Source: Azolla caroliniana (lineage: Eukaryota > Plantae > Polypodiophyta). From it: 64,000 bases of DNA. The position numbers and the translations under genes were made by a program. A model generated the notes under the pieces. That model was not told the origin of the DNA, did no database searches, and saw only the letters and a list, made by a program, of their open reading frames with translations. Positions 61,901 to 64,000 of this stretch are shown here, piece by piece. Each line of letters opens with the position of its first letter. Position 1 is the stretch's first letter. Location of the stretch: contig JBHGNT010000015.1 in the NCBI GenBank assembly GCA_043228905.1, positions 10,044,001-10,108,000 of the forward strand, given 5' to 3'.

Positions 61901-63454
61901 TTGGCATACATGGCCGATTTCACCTCGTTCGAATCAAGGATGAACATTCGACCATCTCTCCGTACCTTGGCTAAGAGTTGCCCATCTTTATCGATGAAAC
62001 AACCTTCATTGTTGAAGCGGACTTGCATGCCTTGCTCCACGATTTGGCCAACCGAGACCAAATTCTTTGTTATTGTGGGCACGTGTAAGACATTATTGAT
62101 GCAATTGTTTTGGCGGACATTTCCAAATGGAACGTTGTCGATGTGCCGAATCGGATGTGTGGTGCCATCACCTGTCTCTATGACACCAGGTCGATGTGCG
62201 CAAATCACTGAACCACTCTTCGTGGGATGTCATAGGATGTGAGGTGCCAAATTCGAGAAGAAAATTTGTCCTTCCAATGTCTTGGTTTTGGTTTGGACGT
62301 GGTTCTCTTCAACCATTAGCATCAATTGAAGGTCGAAGAATGAAGAACGAAGGAGGGTTTTCTGTCACCAAGATTGCCGTCCTCAACGAGTTGAATCGTT
62401 GTGCGAGGCTGCCCAAGCATACTTGAACCATCTTTTCTTTGTCGACGATTATGTTGATGGAGCCAAGCAAGCCGCAAATGCTCTTGATCTTGGTGGTGTA
62501 GTCTGACAGGAACATGTCTTTTTGCCGAATGTTGTTCAACTCTTGTCGGAGTTGAAGCTTTCGAGCGGTTGTGTTGGCGGTGAACAGTTTCTTTAAGTTC
62601 ACCCACACTTCTTTAGGAGTCTTGGCGTCTCAAATGTGGCTAAACATGTGGTCATGGACACATGTTGCCAAGCAATACATGACTCGACTCGCCACTTGCT
62701 CCCATGTTGCGTAGTCGGCGTTCTTTGAATCGGGTCTATTTTCTTGTGCGCCAGTGATGTAGCTCCAATACCTTTTAGCTGACAAGGTATTAGGTCATCT
62801 TGTACTCCCAAGATGAATAATTTCTCTGGTCTAGCTTTTCACTAAGGAGCGAGCTACCCATTTGTGTGTTCATTTTGATGTAGTGTCTTCCTTTTTCGAT
62901 TTCCTTCGCTCGATTACTTACTCGTGCTATGTAGCGGCACTACGGTAGCGGATAGGCGGAATTTGTCGCCGGCGTTTCAAACACACAATTATGAAGAGGC
63001 GGATGGGCTTAGTGGATGTGCTAAACCACACACTCTGATACCATGTTAATAATTAGGTAATTAAGCAAGGGTTAATTAGTACCTAATTATGTGATTAGTT
63101 GATAAGCGGAAGATTAAGCGATATGTGTGTGAGAGGGAGAGAGAGAGAGAAAGAAAGAAAGATATATTAACATCTTCTAAGGCCAAAATTGGCCCATGAG
63201 ACAAATGGTTTACAACAAAAAAGGGGATATTTACCCATTCATCGAGAGTAATAAATAAATAAAAATAAGATAAAATAGAGGTTAAGCTAAATAGTTCTAG
63301 TAAAATAATAAACATGTTCTACAATGAAAATCTTATACTAGGCCTAATTTCATTTCCATCCAAGTCTCTCGAAGAGAAGTGGTAGGTCAAAGGGTTGTGA
63401 TGTGGATGTGGCCCGTGATGTCAATGTAAAAGGTACCCCAACCATAGCTTCTAG

Positions 63455-64000
63455 TCAACGTAGCTCACGTTCCCTTATCTTCTTAATCTTTTCTACTCCA
63501 CGCCAACTGGTTTTGAAACCCAACATCCGAGGGCGTTTAGTTGTTCTTTGCATTTCTACTTCCTCAAGAGAGAGGCCGAGCGGCGTAAGTGTATCCACAT
63601 ACATCGTCTCCCCTTGTTCCTGAAAATTTACACTAGTTACATGTTGATGAATAGTAAAAAGGTTATGGTTAACACTTTGTAATTTATTCTCCCTATGTTG
63701 TTTCAGCTCTAAAATATACCTACCTAGTCTCTTTACACTCGGGGTATCTAATAGTTTGGAGAGGGTGGGAGAGGGTCCTAATATGTCTTGGTATTCTACC
63801 CGTATCTCGGCATAAGTTGGGCACTTGCATGTGAAGTGATGCTCATCCTCTATCTCTATGTGGCATAACCTACATAGCCTTTCCTCTCTAGGGACTCTAT
63901 TAGGCCAACCATTCTCAATCTCAAGTTGAGATGATATCCTAAGTTGTCCAATGGACACCCTTAGTGCATTTGATAAGAATGTATCGAGATATCTTGGTCG
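63455..64000 (-). mobile_element. 3' end of a non-LTR retrotransposon ORF2, RTE-X-like
   Basis: QLRISSQLEIENG...PREERLCRLCHIEIEDEHHFTCKCPTYAEIR is the C-terminal CCHC motif of LINE ORF2. Runs off the window. Confidence 0.75.

Larger units (their letters stand above)
37312..63172 (-). mobile_element. Copia-3: RT-deleted Ty1/copia element whose 3' LTR is split by a 22.5-kb insertion
   Basis: 3' LTR = 37312-37453 plus 59958-60115; PPT TTGAGGGGGCG; gag/IN fragments 60200-62860; PBS TGGTATCAGAG 63033-63043; truncated 5' LTR 63044-63172 matches 37312-37450. Confidence 0.88.

Overview
Eukaryotic, plant-type DNA, probably a non-seed land plant (inferred from the TE lineages present). The window is mostly nested LTR retrotransposons around one intronless host gene, a secreted dirigent-domain protein (13305-13886, minus). 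Insertions with readable LTRs and TSDs: Copia-1 (16163-30084, TSD AAATG), which contains two solo LTRs and a full fungal-type Ty3/gypsy element (21858-28933, TSD GCGC); Copia-2 (30514-35106, TSD AAATT); and Copia-3 (37312-63172), whose 3' LTR is split by a three-LTR Athila/Tat-like element (37454-59957, TSD CTTAT). That element in turn holds a solo LTR and a young relative (47078-56466, TSD GTGGT). Also present are chromovirus, Bianca-like and RTE-X LINE remnants and a foldback element built from palindromes. Top observation: both Athila/Tat-like families lack a polypurine tract. In its place, 2 nt from the LTR, they carry an inverted tRNA-Arg primer-binding site (three instances), suggesting tRNA priming of both cDNA strands. 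Second: a tRNA-Trp-primed gypsy group makes 4-bp TSDs centred on CpG inside other TEs. All coordinates and mismatch counts were read by eye, and tRNA 3' ends were recalled rather than searched.
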